A stretch of 64,000 bases of DNA from Vampirovibrionales bacterium. GTDB lineage: Bacteria; Cyanobacteriota; Vampirovibrionia; Vampirovibrionales; JAJTHC01. Positions 29,166 through 38,638 of this stretch are shown here, one piece after another. Within the stretch, counting starts at the first letter, position 1; each line of letters begins with the position of its first letter. Under the pieces are notes generated by a model, which was not told where the DNA came from, ran no database searches, and worked only from the letters and a program-made list of their open reading frames with translations. A program made the position numbers and the translations under genes. The stretch is from positions 20,818-84,817 of the forward strand of contig JBIIZQ010000005.1 of assembly GCA_044346175.1 (NCBI GenBank). Direction: 5' to 3'.

Positions 29166-30533
29166 TTAAACTTGAGGTGGTGCCATGGTGGTATTGGCTG
29201 ACTGTGCTGTTTCTGGGTGCTTAATACTGTAAAGGTATTTAGATAGGGCTTCAAGCTCACTCTTTTTACCAATCACAGGAGGCATAATCGTGGTGTAAGG
29301 ATTTTGCTTGGGGTCAAGGTTTTGCATGGTTTGCAGTAAAGCCAGAATGGCTTTTTCATCGCGCTCACCCAAGAGTTGCTTCATACTACGATACCCATCC
29401 ACTGTATGACAGCTTGCACACTGATTACGGAACATATTCTGCCCTAACTCAGCGGGGTTTTGTGTTGCCCATTTGAAAGAGGCAACATACCCTTTTTCAA
29501 TGAGTTTAGGTACTTCCGACTTTAATACACCGTTGGAATACATATAGTTGTAAACCACATAAGGTTTACGCAACATTTCTCGAGACCACTCTGTGGTACT
29601 TGTAACCAGCAACCCACATACCAAAAAGAGGAAGGAAGCCACTGTGGTAAAGCCTCGTGCGTTGAGATAAGGGCCCACAAGTACAAATCCCATAACCGTT
29701 GCTGCCGCAACGACAGCCATATAGATAGCACGGGTTAAAACTGAGAAGTTTCCAGCCGCAGCCGTTTGAAAACCGTGTGTTGCGTTTTGAAGCACATCAG
29801 GAGGAAGGCTCAAGAAGTACCAAGCTAACCCGATAGGCGCCGTGATGGCGGCAGGGATAAACCACTTGGACGCATAACGCATCATTTTCGCACGGAATTC
29901 GGGGTCTTTGAGCTGAGACGTTGTTAAGAAAGCGTACATACCCGCCATGGCAAAGGTCATACCCACACGAATGACGATAGCAGGTCCATACCCTTCATTA
30001 AGCCAACCATCAAACCAGTAGTGTGAAGTGGCCCACTTACCAGGGGTTAACATGAAAGTTAAAATCCCGTTAATGGTAAAGAGTGTGAGGTAGGAAATAA
30101 TCGCATACCAAATGGCAACCGTTACGTGTTGCTTGCGAGGCATGTGGTTCCAAGTGTAGTGATACACCGCAAAGGTCGCAATTTCGGTTAAGAAGAACAA
30201 GTACTCAATCGCCCAAGCGAGGGAGAAGTTCTGAATCAGCGTTGCAGTACCATTGGGGCTTGCTAAACTGATAGACCACCAAATGCCCACCCCTGTTACA
30301 GCACCAAAAACGGTGGTAACAAGTAAGAAGAACAAGGAGTGCTTCTTAAGGAAGTCGTACATTTTTTCATCGTTGTTTTTGTAAGCGAGCCACTCTGTTA
30401 AAGCAAAGAAGGCACCGCCACCCACTGCAAAGTGTGAGACAAACACGTGAAGAATAGAAATAATCCCAATAATCCATGTACCGCCCAACGTCGGCACGTC
30501 CCATAAAGGATAGTTCACGATAAGTACCCCCAA
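29166..30533 (-). CDS. Polytopic membrane protein with a C-terminal monoheme cytochrome c domain (bc-complex-associated)
   Basis: About 10-12 TM helices, then a soluble C-terminal domain with the CASCH heme-binding motif. The N-terminal region is paralogous to ORF 32230..33348. Confidence 0.6.
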   Translation of the reverse strand: MGVLIVNYPLWDVPTLGGTWIIGIISILHVFVSHFAVGGGAFFALTEWLAYKNNDEKMYDFLKKHSLFFLLVTTVFGAVTGVGIWWSISLASPNGTATLIQNFSLAWAIEYLFFLTEIATFAVYHYTWNHMPRKQHVTVAIWYAIISYLTLFTINGILTFMLTPGKWATSHYWFDGWLNEGYGPAIVIRVGMTFAMAGMYAFLTTSQLKDPEFRAKMMRYASKWFIPAAITAPIGLAWYFLSLPPDVLQNATHGFQTAAAGNFSVLTRAIYMAVVAAATVMGFVLVGPYLNARGFTTVASFLFLVCGLLVTSTTEWSREMLRKPYVVYNYMYSNGVLKSEVPKLIEKGYVASFKWATQNPAELGQNMFRNQCASCHTVDGYRSMKQLLGERDEKAILALLQTMQNLDPKQNPYTTIMPPVIGKKSELEALSKYLYSIKHPETAQSANTTMAPPQV

Positions 30534-31606
30534 ATTGTGAATACAATCATACCAACCAACACAGCGACACCATAGGCAGTCATGATGGCAGAACGGGTTT
30601 TACATTGACCATTATCAATGAAGGGTGCAAGACCAAGTCCACCAGCAATCGCACCAAAAAACATCATGCCCACTTGTTCCCCTTCAATGAATCCAATCAT
30701 AGGAGGTAACAACTTTAGGAACTGGAACATCGACAAGAAGTACCACTCGGGCTTAATCCCTTTAGGGGCAGCTGCAAAGGGGTCTGCTTCAGGTCCTAAT
30801 CCCCAAGGGCTTAAGCACACAATCGCAACAACAAAGTTCACTACAACAAGCCACACCATTAAATCCTTGAGCATAAAGTCAGGGAAAAACTTCTCTTCTT
30901 TTTGTTCGGCAGGAGGCAGTGCAACATAAGATTCTGGTTTGGAAATCCCGTGAAGTTGTACCATTAAAAGGTGAAGTCCCATTAACCCCATCAATGCCAA
31001 GGGAAGCAAAATGACGTGAATCACAAAGAAGCGTGAAATCGTAGCTTGTCCCACTTCAGCCCCGCCACGGAGCATACTACCCATAATTTCACCTACGAGA
31101 GGACTCTTTGAAGTGATATCAAGACCAATCTTTGAGGCAAAGAAGGCGACTTCGTCCCAAGGGAGCAAGTACCCCGTAAATCCAAAACCCATCAGTAACA
31201 CCAACATGATAAGCCCTGAAAACCAAGTGAACTCACGAGGGCTACGATAGGCTTTCATGAAGTAAGCACTAAACATGTGGATGAACGCAAAAAGAATGGC
31301 AAGGTTTGCTCCCCAACTGTGCATGGAACGTACCAACCATCCAAAATCAACTTTGGTGTTAATTGCATTGACAGAAGCATGAGCCGACTCTATCTCAGGG
31401 ATGTAATGCACCATCAATAAGCCACCAGAAACAAACTGAATGATGATTAACACCATCAAAATACCACCCATGTAGTACCACACGGAGTGTTTATGGACAG
31501 GGACTGTTTTTTTACCTGCAAGCTTCATAAATTCTGCAATGGGTAAACGGGCATTGACCCAGTTAAATGCTGCCATTTTTAAGGCATCAGTATCAAGTGC
31601 CATCAT
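30515..31606 (-). CDS. Cytochrome b6-type cytochrome b fused to subunit IV (PetB/PetD- or QcrB-like)
   Basis: VDFGWLVRSMHSWGANLAILFAFIHMFSAYF and PREFTWFSGLIMLVLLMGFGFTGYLLPWDEVAFFASKI align with b6/PetB. The C-terminal PEWYFL is the subunit IV/PetD motif. Confidence 0.85.
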   Translation of the reverse strand: MMALDTDALKMAAFNWVNARLPIAEFMKLAGKKTVPVHKHSVWYYMGGILMVLIIIQFVSGGLLMVHYIPEIESAHASVNAINTKVDFGWLVRSMHSWGANLAILFAFIHMFSAYFMKAYRSPREFTWFSGLIMLVLLMGFGFTGYLLPWDEVAFFASKIGLDITSKSPLVGEIMGSMLRGGAEVGQATISRFFVIHVILLPLALMGLMGLHLLMVQLHGISKPESYVALPPAEQKEEKFFPDFMLKDLMVWLVVVNFVVAIVCLSPWGLGPEADPFAAAPKGIKPEWYFLSMFQFLKLLPPMIGFIEGEQVGMMFFGAIAGGLGLAPFIDNGQCKTRSAIMTAYGVAVLVGMIVFTIWGYLS

Positions 31607-31611
31607 AGGGG

Positions 31612-32142
31612 TTACGCCTCCTTGCCTGCACGAGGTAACTTAGATACAACAACATCCCCATTGACCACCTCTGCTTTGAAAGCAACCAGGGGTTGAGGTG
31701 GAGGACCTGAAATATTTTTGCCTGAATTGGGGTCATATTTACCACCGTGACAAGCACAGAAAATGACACCCTCAGGTTTATCGTATTGAACCGTACATCC
31801 TAAGTGGGAGCATATGGCACTAAAGGCATGGAACGTACCAGCATCATCACGGATAATGACACCAGGTTTTTTACCAAACTGGAAGTTCTTTCCTGTGCCT
31901 TTAGGAATGGTATCGACTTTACCAAGGTTAACGCTTGTGACCTCAGGGCCAGCTTCTTCTTCACGAGGTAATAAATACTTGATGATAGGGAAAGCCGCAG
32001 CACCACCCCAAACAACAGCGACCCCAGCAAGAGCGACGGTTGTAAGAAACTGACGACGTGCCTTTTCGGCAACCCCAGGGCACATTTCACAGGAGGTTGT
32101 TGTGTTGACCTCAGGTGCTTCGGGCGTTACATGAGAAACCAT
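31612..32142 (-). CDS. Rieske [2Fe-2S] iron-sulfur protein
   Basis: Box I CSHLGC and box II CACHGGKYD, plus an N-terminal TM anchor. Confidence 0.85.
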   Translation of the reverse strand: MVSHVTPEAPEVNTTTSCEMCPGVAEKARRQFLTTVALAGVAVVWGGAAAFPIIKYLLPREEEAGPEVTSVNLGKVDTIPKGTGKNFQFGKKPGVIIRDDAGTFHAFSAICSHLGCTVQYDKPEGVIFCACHGGKYDPNSGKNISGPPPQPLVAFKAEVVNGDVVVSKLPRAGKEA

Positions 32143-32229
32143 AAAAAGAAAACCTCAAATTGTTTCACTTAAAACAGAACATTCAAAAAGTAAAAAAGAG
32201 GAATGAACCACGATACTACTTGGACTCAT

Positions 32230-33348
32230 TTAAACGGGGTTTGAAGGCTTATCGAATGACTTGATGGTAATTTTGCCAAGCCATACAAGATACACAATGG
32301 TGCCTACTGCCAGTACCCCAAAGGCAATCAGTAAATCCCACTGAGGGTTTACTGCAGCCTTTTCAGGTGAAAAGAACGAGGACACTGTGTAATCACGTAA
32401 CAAATGGCGCATCCATGTCATGCTAAAGACCACACCCAAGGCTGTGAACAACCCAGTACGGAACCATGCGAATGACTGACGAGACCAAGCCAAAGCCATT
32501 GAAATAACAGACACTACACCCAACACGTTGGAGAAGTTAAAGAGATGTGTTCCCATTTTATCGCCACCCAAAAAGTTTTGGCGAATTGGTTCAGGAAGGG
32601 CAAATAAGAACCAAAACCCAACCACGATTTGTAAAAGGGTTACGCCCAAGTACCAAGCAGAACCTTGACGAATCAACCAGCCTGCATACTCAGCTTGACG
32701 CTTCTCCCAGTAAAGCCCCATGGTGCCAATGCCAAGACCCGTCACGGCAAATGCGGCTAAGGCAAAGTGCAGGTAACGAGACCACAGCGTAGGCTCTAAC
32801 AAGTTTAAGGCTAACCCTGTTTTACCTTCTACAATAAAGTCTTGCCAAGTGTCAGGCTTTAACATAAGGGTCATGTTATTGGTGAAGAAGAAGCCAATAA
32901 CTGCAAAAATAGCAAACACACCCATCAACACATAAGGCACCCAAGCACCCAAGGCTTTTTCTTTAAACTTCGCAATATAGGTAGCGTAGTAAGCCACCAG
33001 TAGCATGGGGATGATGGCAATCCAAGGGACACCCATCAAAATAGAAGAGGTGTAGTACAAAGGACCATACACCAATTGCAAAAAGAGCAGGGGAACAATC
33101 CCTTGAGTAATCGCCAAAGAAATCGCAAAGGGTAATGAAAATACCATGCTATGTCCTAAACGACTGGCATGAGCATTCTCTTGGTGTTTCCCAGCAAGCA
33201 GGTATAAGGCGGATACTAAAGCACCACCAAGTGCAAGGTTCATAGGTACCACGTGGGTAAAAAATCCTACAACCAGTAAGGTTTTTAACAGACCCACAGG
33301 GGCTGGAAATGGAATAGGTTGCAGGTCAGGAAGAATCATGTTTGGCAC
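32230..33348 (-). CDS. Polytopic membrane protein, paralog of the N-terminal part of 29166..30533 (bc-complex-associated)
   Basis: The shared block FTHVVPMNLALGGALVSALYL corresponds to ILHVFVSHFAVGGGAFFALTEW in ORF 29166..30533. About 10 TM helices. It is the first gene of the apparent operon. Confidence 0.5.
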   Translation of the reverse strand: MPNMILPDLQPIPFPAPVGLLKTLLVVGFFTHVVPMNLALGGALVSALYLLAGKHQENAHASRLGHSMVFSLPFAISLAITQGIVPLLFLQLVYGPLYYTSSILMGVPWIAIIPMLLVAYYATYIAKFKEKALGAWVPYVLMGVFAIFAVIGFFFTNNMTLMLKPDTWQDFIVEGKTGLALNLLEPTLWSRYLHFALAAFAVTGLGIGTMGLYWEKRQAEYAGWLIRQGSAWYLGVTLLQIVVGFWFLFALPEPIRQNFLGGDKMGTHLFNFSNVLGVVSVISMALAWSRQSFAWFRTGLFTALGVVFSMTWMRHLLRDYTVSSFFSPEKAAVNPQWDLLIAFGVLAVGTIVYLVWLGKITIKSFDKPSNPV

Positions 33349-33852
33349 GATGGCACACTCCTCTTTACGAAAGCAGACATCAAACAGGCGGATATCACAA
33401 AAACTTGGTTACTCTGTGAATGGGCGTTTCAGATAAGGTCGTTAAAACAACCTCTCATTAAAGAGACACTTCTATCAATAGACTACCCTGCAATAAGTGA
33501 GGCATCAGTAAAAAAGTAAGCCCCAAAGAGTTTAAGATAAGTTATGCTAGAAGGCACATATAAAAGTAAGATAAAGCATTTACCTTACCATTCACCACGT
33601 TTATATTTCACCACATTTGTGCCAAAACAACAACCACCCCAAAGACGATTTGATGTGAAGGCTTTATAAAGACACAGGATGCGAGAGGCTGTATTGGGCT
33701 GAAAATAACCAAAAAAAAACAGCGTTTGTGGAAAAAACAACGCTGCAACCAGGGGGAATATAAAATTGTAAAAGCGTGACCCAAAAGGTCGTATCAAAAG
33801 TGTTTGAGAGTAGAGGGAGGTTTTATTTTGAATCAAAGAATGATGGTGGCTT

Positions 33853-34500
33853 CTATTGCCATAAACCGCTTGAAATGGGGTTGCCAACAGAGCCTGTCCA
33901 AGGTTGCCCAAGGAATGCTGGTGGTAAACCACGTGTTGGGTTATCGGGTCCGTAATTTAAAGGTAAGCCTAAGCCTGCCGCATAGCCTAGCAAAGCGGGG
34001 AGGTCACGGGAAGCCGCAGCGGGTGCAAAATAAAATTTAGGGTCAATTCCCCTTTGAGGAAAGCTACTTGAGAGGGTTCCAGGTTTACCAAAATCGGCAT
34101 AACTATAGCCCGCTGGGTTGGAGGTGGGTCCAAAGCCTGTATTGAGCATATAGGGGGAAGTGCTTTGTTGCCAAGCGGGTTGTTGATAGGCGGCTATTTG
34201 CTGATTCAGGCTATTACGGTCAAGTTGTAGGCCAGGAATGGCATTCTGAAAATTACCAGGGGGTGAAAAACCAGGTAATCTTGAAGATAAGGTACTGTTT
34301 TGATTTCCATTAGGCGACCCTACGAGAAAGCTTTGAGGACTTGTCCAAGTAGGACTTGCGGAGGGCTGTTGGGCTTGTCCACCAAGTTGGACACTACCAC
34401 CAGAGATATTTACAAGTGATTGACCATTCTGAGTGATATTGACCCCTTGAGGCGTAATATCAATATGGATGGGGCCTGCGACGGAAATACTTGTCATCAT
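33853..34500 (-). CDS. Low-complexity G/P/Q/N/S-rich protein (probable secreted or surface protein)
   Basis: The ORF track gives 33853..34701. The likely real start is the internal MMTSISVAGP at 34498-34500, which is preceded by an AT-rich promoter region. There are no catalytic motifs. Confidence 0.4.
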   Translation of the reverse strand: MMTSISVAGPIHIDITPQGVNITQNGQSLVNISGGSVQLGGQAQQPSASPTWTSPQSFLVGSPNGNQNSTLSSRLPGFSPPGNFQNAIPGLQLDRNSLNQQIAAYQQPAWQQSTSPYMLNTGFGPTSNPAGYSYADFGKPGTLSSSFPQRGIDPKFYFAPAAASRDLPALLGYAAGLGLPLNYGPDNPTRGLPPAFLGQPWTGSVGNPISSGLWQ

Positions 34501-34741
34501 CACAAAAGGTACTTTCTGGAAGGGACTTAGAGTGTTTTGGTGGATTATGTTTGTTTCTTGATTTAATAAAAACAATTTATATGAGATAATTGCCTCCACC
34601 CCCTTTGATGCACACCTGTATATCTCGTGTATAGTTAAATATGGGCATGTTATGGGCATGTCATTGAAGTGGTTAAAAGCTTTAGGAAACAGCCCAATCA
34701 CCCGCTAAATCATGACCCCTCAGTAAAACGAAACAATCCTA

Positions 34742-35608
34742 GTGATGAAACTTGGTATAAGCTATAGCGTTTTTGATGGAGAAGAACTCCTTGAAGCTTC
34801 TTTAAAGTGTATGCGACCCCACGCATACCATATCGTTGTGGTATATCAAACCGTGAGCTATACAGGAAATCCTGCATCTCAAACCCTTCTACCCCTGTTG
34901 CATGATTTAAAAGAACGTCAATGGATAGACACCCTTCTTTATTATCCTACACATCCCAACCGAAGCCCTAGTGGCGAAGAACGACGGAAACGTAATGTGG
35001 GGTTGCGTCATATCGCTGGGGTGCATCACCAAGCTTGTACACACTACATGACGATGGACACCGATGAGTTTTATTTGCCTGAAGCTTTTGATGCTGCCAA
35101 GGTAGCCTTTTTGGAAGGGGGGTATGATGCCTCCGTATGTCCGATGGTGGATTATTTTAAGTCCCCCCGTGTACAATTGGCTCCTTTTGAGCAACATCAA
35201 GATTATTATGTGCCGTGCATCAGTGCTTTGCCTGTCAAAAATACACTTGCTCGAAGCCTTGTTGGATACCCTTTCTGGGGAACCCATCGACACGGAAAAC
35301 AAAAACATTACCCTGTCCTTAGTGACACCACCCGTCAAGTGCCTTATCAACGTATGAAAATCTTCAAAAGAGAAGAGCTTGTGATGCACCACATGAGCCT
35401 TGTACGTAAAGACATTAAAAGTAAGTTTCTCAACAGTAGTGCCCAAACGATATTAAAAACCTTGCCCGCTTCGCATCTTGAACGTTATGAAGCCTATTAC
35501 CAAGCATGGCAACCTCCGCAAACGATTCATACCCCCTATGACACAGCCTTTGCCGTGGGGTATCCTTACACGGTTTTGCCTGATGACCCTTTTGGTATTG
35601 CGTTTTAA
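34742..35608 (+). CDS. Putative GT-A-fold glycosyltransferase-like protein, paralog B (intact DxD: MDTDEF)
   Basis: Full-length homology to ORF 656..1591 (see paralog A). Confidence 0.5.
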   Translation: MMKLGISYSVFDGEELLEASLKCMRPHAYHIVVVYQTVSYTGNPASQTLLPLLHDLKERQWIDTLLYYPTHPNRSPSGEERRKRNVGLRHIAGVHHQACTHYMTMDTDEFYLPEAFDAAKVAFLEGGYDASVCPMVDYFKSPRVQLAPFEQHQDYYVPCISALPVKNTLARSLVGYPFWGTHRHGKQKHYPVLSDTTRQVPYQRMKIFKREELVMHHMSLVRKDIKSKFLNSSAQTILKTLPASHLERYEAYYQAWQPPQTIHTPYDTAFAVGYPYTVLPDDPFGIAF

Positions 35609-35684
35609 TACTAGGGAGCTCAGAAGGGTCATGGGTCTCAGTGTATCCTGTATTTAAGGGACATCCCTGCCCTAAAGATACACT

Positions 35685-37850
35685 GTGACTGTCCGTGTTA
35701 CGAAAAAATGTAGTATACTTTTAAAAACGATTTTAAAATACTTTGCTATACGTATCCTTCATCTTTTAAAAGCCTATCTTTTGAAAGCACCCTTTTCACG
35801 CATGCAACCCGACGCTACCATGATGAACTTAAATCAGTCACAAAGCCATCCAAAACGCTGGCACCATTTATGTGGATTAAGTCAGGCTCCTTTTTTACGG
35901 GGTATGACTTGGGGTCTCGTGTTTTTAATGCTCGCCGTGAGTGTGAGTCTTTCAGGGTGTAAGCCGATGACCCCTGATGAAATTGAAAAAGCGGTGCAAG
36001 CAGAACAAGCACGCTTACAGGGTGTGACGCAAGTAACCCAACCTAAACATAAACCCTCACCCTATAAAACCCAAACCATTGACGGTGTCGATAGGCTCGT
36101 GTCTCCTTATGCGGTAGGGCAGTTTGGAGGGATTTTAAGAACGTCTCAAATGGGGAATGGACCCCAAACGTTTAACCCTTGGGCGGCTTATGATGCCACC
36201 TCTTCAGGGTTAGGGGGGATGTTCTTTCCTGGGTTGACAACCACCAATGCCTTTACAGGGGAAGAAATACCGTATCTTGCTAAACATATTGAGATTAAGC
36301 CAAACCACACGGAGTACATTGTCACGTTGCGTAAGGGCTTGAAGTGGTCTGACGGACACCCTCTCACGGTGGAGGATGTTCTCTTTACATGGCAGGTCAT
36401 TATGGCAAAAGGGCTTGGTAATCCTTCTACACGGGATGGTCTTTTGGTAGATGGCGAGTTCCCTCAAGTGACTAAGCTAGACGCAGACCGTGTTAAGTTT
36501 ACAACCAAAAAACCTTTTGTACCTTTCAAGGCCGCCTTGGCAAGTAGTATTGCCCCTAAGCATATTATTGAACCCTTGTTGAAATCTCAAGGTGCTAGAG
36601 GTTTTACGACTTTATGGAATCCTGAGAGCATTGCAAAACATCCTGAAAGTATGGTGAGTGCTGGGCTTTGGAAACTGAGCAATTATAAACATGGACGAGA
36701 ACTGATTCTTGTAAGAAATCCTTACAGTTTTGTGGTTGACCGTGAGTTTCAAACCCTCCCTTATCTTGACCAGTATTTGATTAAGTTCGTAAAAGACCAA
36801 AATGCCGAGGCACTCCTTTTTGAGCAAGGTCAACTTGACACCCTTGATGTACGAGCAAGTAGCCTGAGTCGTGTCCGCCAAATCAAAAGTTTTCCTCTCA
36901 AAATCTACGACCTTGGTCCTACCTCGGCTTCTTCCTTTATCACGCTAAACCAAACTCAAAAAGTAGACCCCACCACGCATAAACCCTTGGTTGACCCCAT
37001 CAAGCAACGTTGGTTTCAATCTCGGGCGTTTCGGCAAGCCCTTGACTGGGGTATTGACCGACAAAAACTTGTACGCAATGTTCTCCGAGGCATGGGGGCA
37101 CCTCTCTTTACGCCTGAGCCTATCAATGGCGTATTTGTACACCCCCAACTTGTAAAGGGGCATCCGTATCATCCCCAAAAAGCCAAAGCCATATTACAAA
37201 CGGCGGGTTTTACTTGGCGTGCCGATGGACAATGCCTTGACCCTGACAAGCACCCCGTACGCTTTACCTTGATGACCAACAGCGGTAACGAGGAGCGAGA
37301 ATCCACACTTGTCTCGATTCAGCAAGACCTCAAAAAACTAGGTATCCTTGTGGATTTACGCCCTATGGACTTTAATATGTTGGTGGGTCGTATCAACACT
37401 GCCAACTGGGAGGCTATTATGTTAAGCCTTACAGGGAGTCCATTAGAACCTAATGGTGCCAAAAATGTGATGCGTAGTGATGGTGCTTTACACATTTTTC
37501 ATCAACGCTTTCCTGCCAAATTCCCTAATGACCCTGAAGCCTACAACCCACCGCCTACCCCATGGGAACGGGGTCTCAATACCGCCTTTGATGACGGTGC
37601 CAAGACGTTTCATTTGGCACAACGTAAAGCTATTTACTACCGCTATCAGGAAATTGTGGCTCAGGAGCAACCCTTTGTGTATCTTTACAGCCCTCGGAGC
37701 TTTTTGGCGGTACGTCGTCGTATTCGTAACTTTATGCCTACCCCCCTTGCCACATTCCATAATATGGAATCCTTATGGCTACAGGAACGCATTACGCTAC
37801 CAGAGGGGGTGCAAGTAGAAGGCTTTGACCCCAACGCTGACGACGTATAG
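35685..37850 (+). CDS. ABC transporter substrate-binding protein, family 5 (OppA/DppA/NikA-like), lipoprotein
   Basis: Its length and composition are typical of SBP family 5. The lipobox-like LSGC after a hydrophobic stretch follows the internal Met MMNLNQ (~35820), which is the probable true start. Confidence 0.6.
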   Translation: MTVRVTKKCSILLKTILKYFAIRILHLLKAYLLKAPFSRMQPDATMMNLNQSQSHPKRWHHLCGLSQAPFLRGMTWGLVFLMLAVSVSLSGCKPMTPDEIEKAVQAEQARLQGVTQVTQPKHKPSPYKTQTIDGVDRLVSPYAVGQFGGILRTSQMGNGPQTFNPWAAYDATSSGLGGMFFPGLTTTNAFTGEEIPYLAKHIEIKPNHTEYIVTLRKGLKWSDGHPLTVEDVLFTWQVIMAKGLGNPSTRDGLLVDGEFPQVTKLDADRVKFTTKKPFVPFKAALASSIAPKHIIEPLLKSQGARGFTTLWNPESIAKHPESMVSAGLWKLSNYKHGRELILVRNPYSFVVDREFQTLPYLDQYLIKFVKDQNAEALLFEQGQLDTLDVRASSLSRVRQIKSFPLKIYDLGPTSASSFITLNQTQKVDPTTHKPLVDPIKQRWFQSRAFRQALDWGIDRQKLVRNVLRGMGAPLFTPEPINGVFVHPQLVKGHPYHPQKAKAILQTAGFTWRADGQCLDPDKHPVRFTLMTNSGNEERESTLVSIQQDLKKLGILVDLRPMDFNMLVGRINTANWEAIMLSLTGSPLEPNGAKNVMRSDGALHIFHQRFPAKFPNDPEAYNPPPTPWERGLNTAFDDGAKTFHLAQRKAIYYRYQEIVAQEQPFVYLYSPRSFLAVRRRIRNFMPTPLATFHNMESLWLQERITLPEGVQVEGFDPNADDV

Positions 37851-37901
37851 TAGCCATACTGTTGTGACGTAACCCTACCCCTAGAGGCTCCAATATAGTT
37901 T

Positions 37902-38414
37902 CTAGTTGATAGGGCTTTTCATGAGTAAGGTCATGACGGTACTTAGAATTTTGTTTTTGGGTAAGCCCTTGGTTTTAAGGGTTTGCTGGATGGCAAGGTT
38001 TTGCCAGTTCAGGTTATTCATAATCCACTGAGGTGTATTCATGACTTTCTGAAATAGATTGGCACTGTCATCCAACTTAGCGAGTGCCACTTTAGCACCA
38101 AGCACTTTACTTCGATTTAAAAAAGCACGGCGTGTTAGGGGTTTTTGTAAGGCGGATTCAACCCCTGTTTTAAGCACTTCGTTACGGACTTGCCCCGCTC
38201 CGAAAGATTCAATGCTTGCCACTAGAGGAGCTTTTACTGCTTCTTTGATGGTTTGTTGACCTTGAGCCACTATTTTGGGGGTTCCCACAGACAAGGCCTT
38301 TAAAAAATTACGACGAGATACAGTCACGGCAGGAGGTGCAATCGGACGAGACATGAGAGACAAAACCCCTATAGCGATATAAGCCAATAGTGCAAGATAA
38401 TACGTTTTATTCAA
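37902..38414 (-). CDS. Hypothetical membrane-anchored protein (170 aa)
   Basis: An ORF with an N-terminal TM helix and no recognised motifs. Confidence 0.35.
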   Translation of the reverse strand: MNKTYYLALLAYIAIGVLSLMSRPIAPPAVTVSRRNFLKALSVGTPKIVAQGQQTIKEAVKAPLVASIESFGAGQVRNEVLKTGVESALQKPLTRRAFLNRSKVLGAKVALAKLDDSANLFQKVMNTPQWIMNNLNWQNLAIQQTLKTKGLPKNKILSTVMTLLMKSPIN

Positions 38415-38638
38415 AAATAGAACCTGATGAAAAAACCATGCTTTACATTTTAGTGTGATATGCCTTTGAAAGCAAGTGCATGGTTTTGAAGTGCGTGTGA
38501 TAACTGTATGATGGATAACTCCTTAGAGTTGGTATGACGAGGAGGAAGACTATATGAAAAAAGCCCTGCTGATGAAGGGTTTCCCCTATGCAAGAGCAAG
38601 GCTATTTTAATAAACGAGTCGCCAATAAAAAGCGAAGC

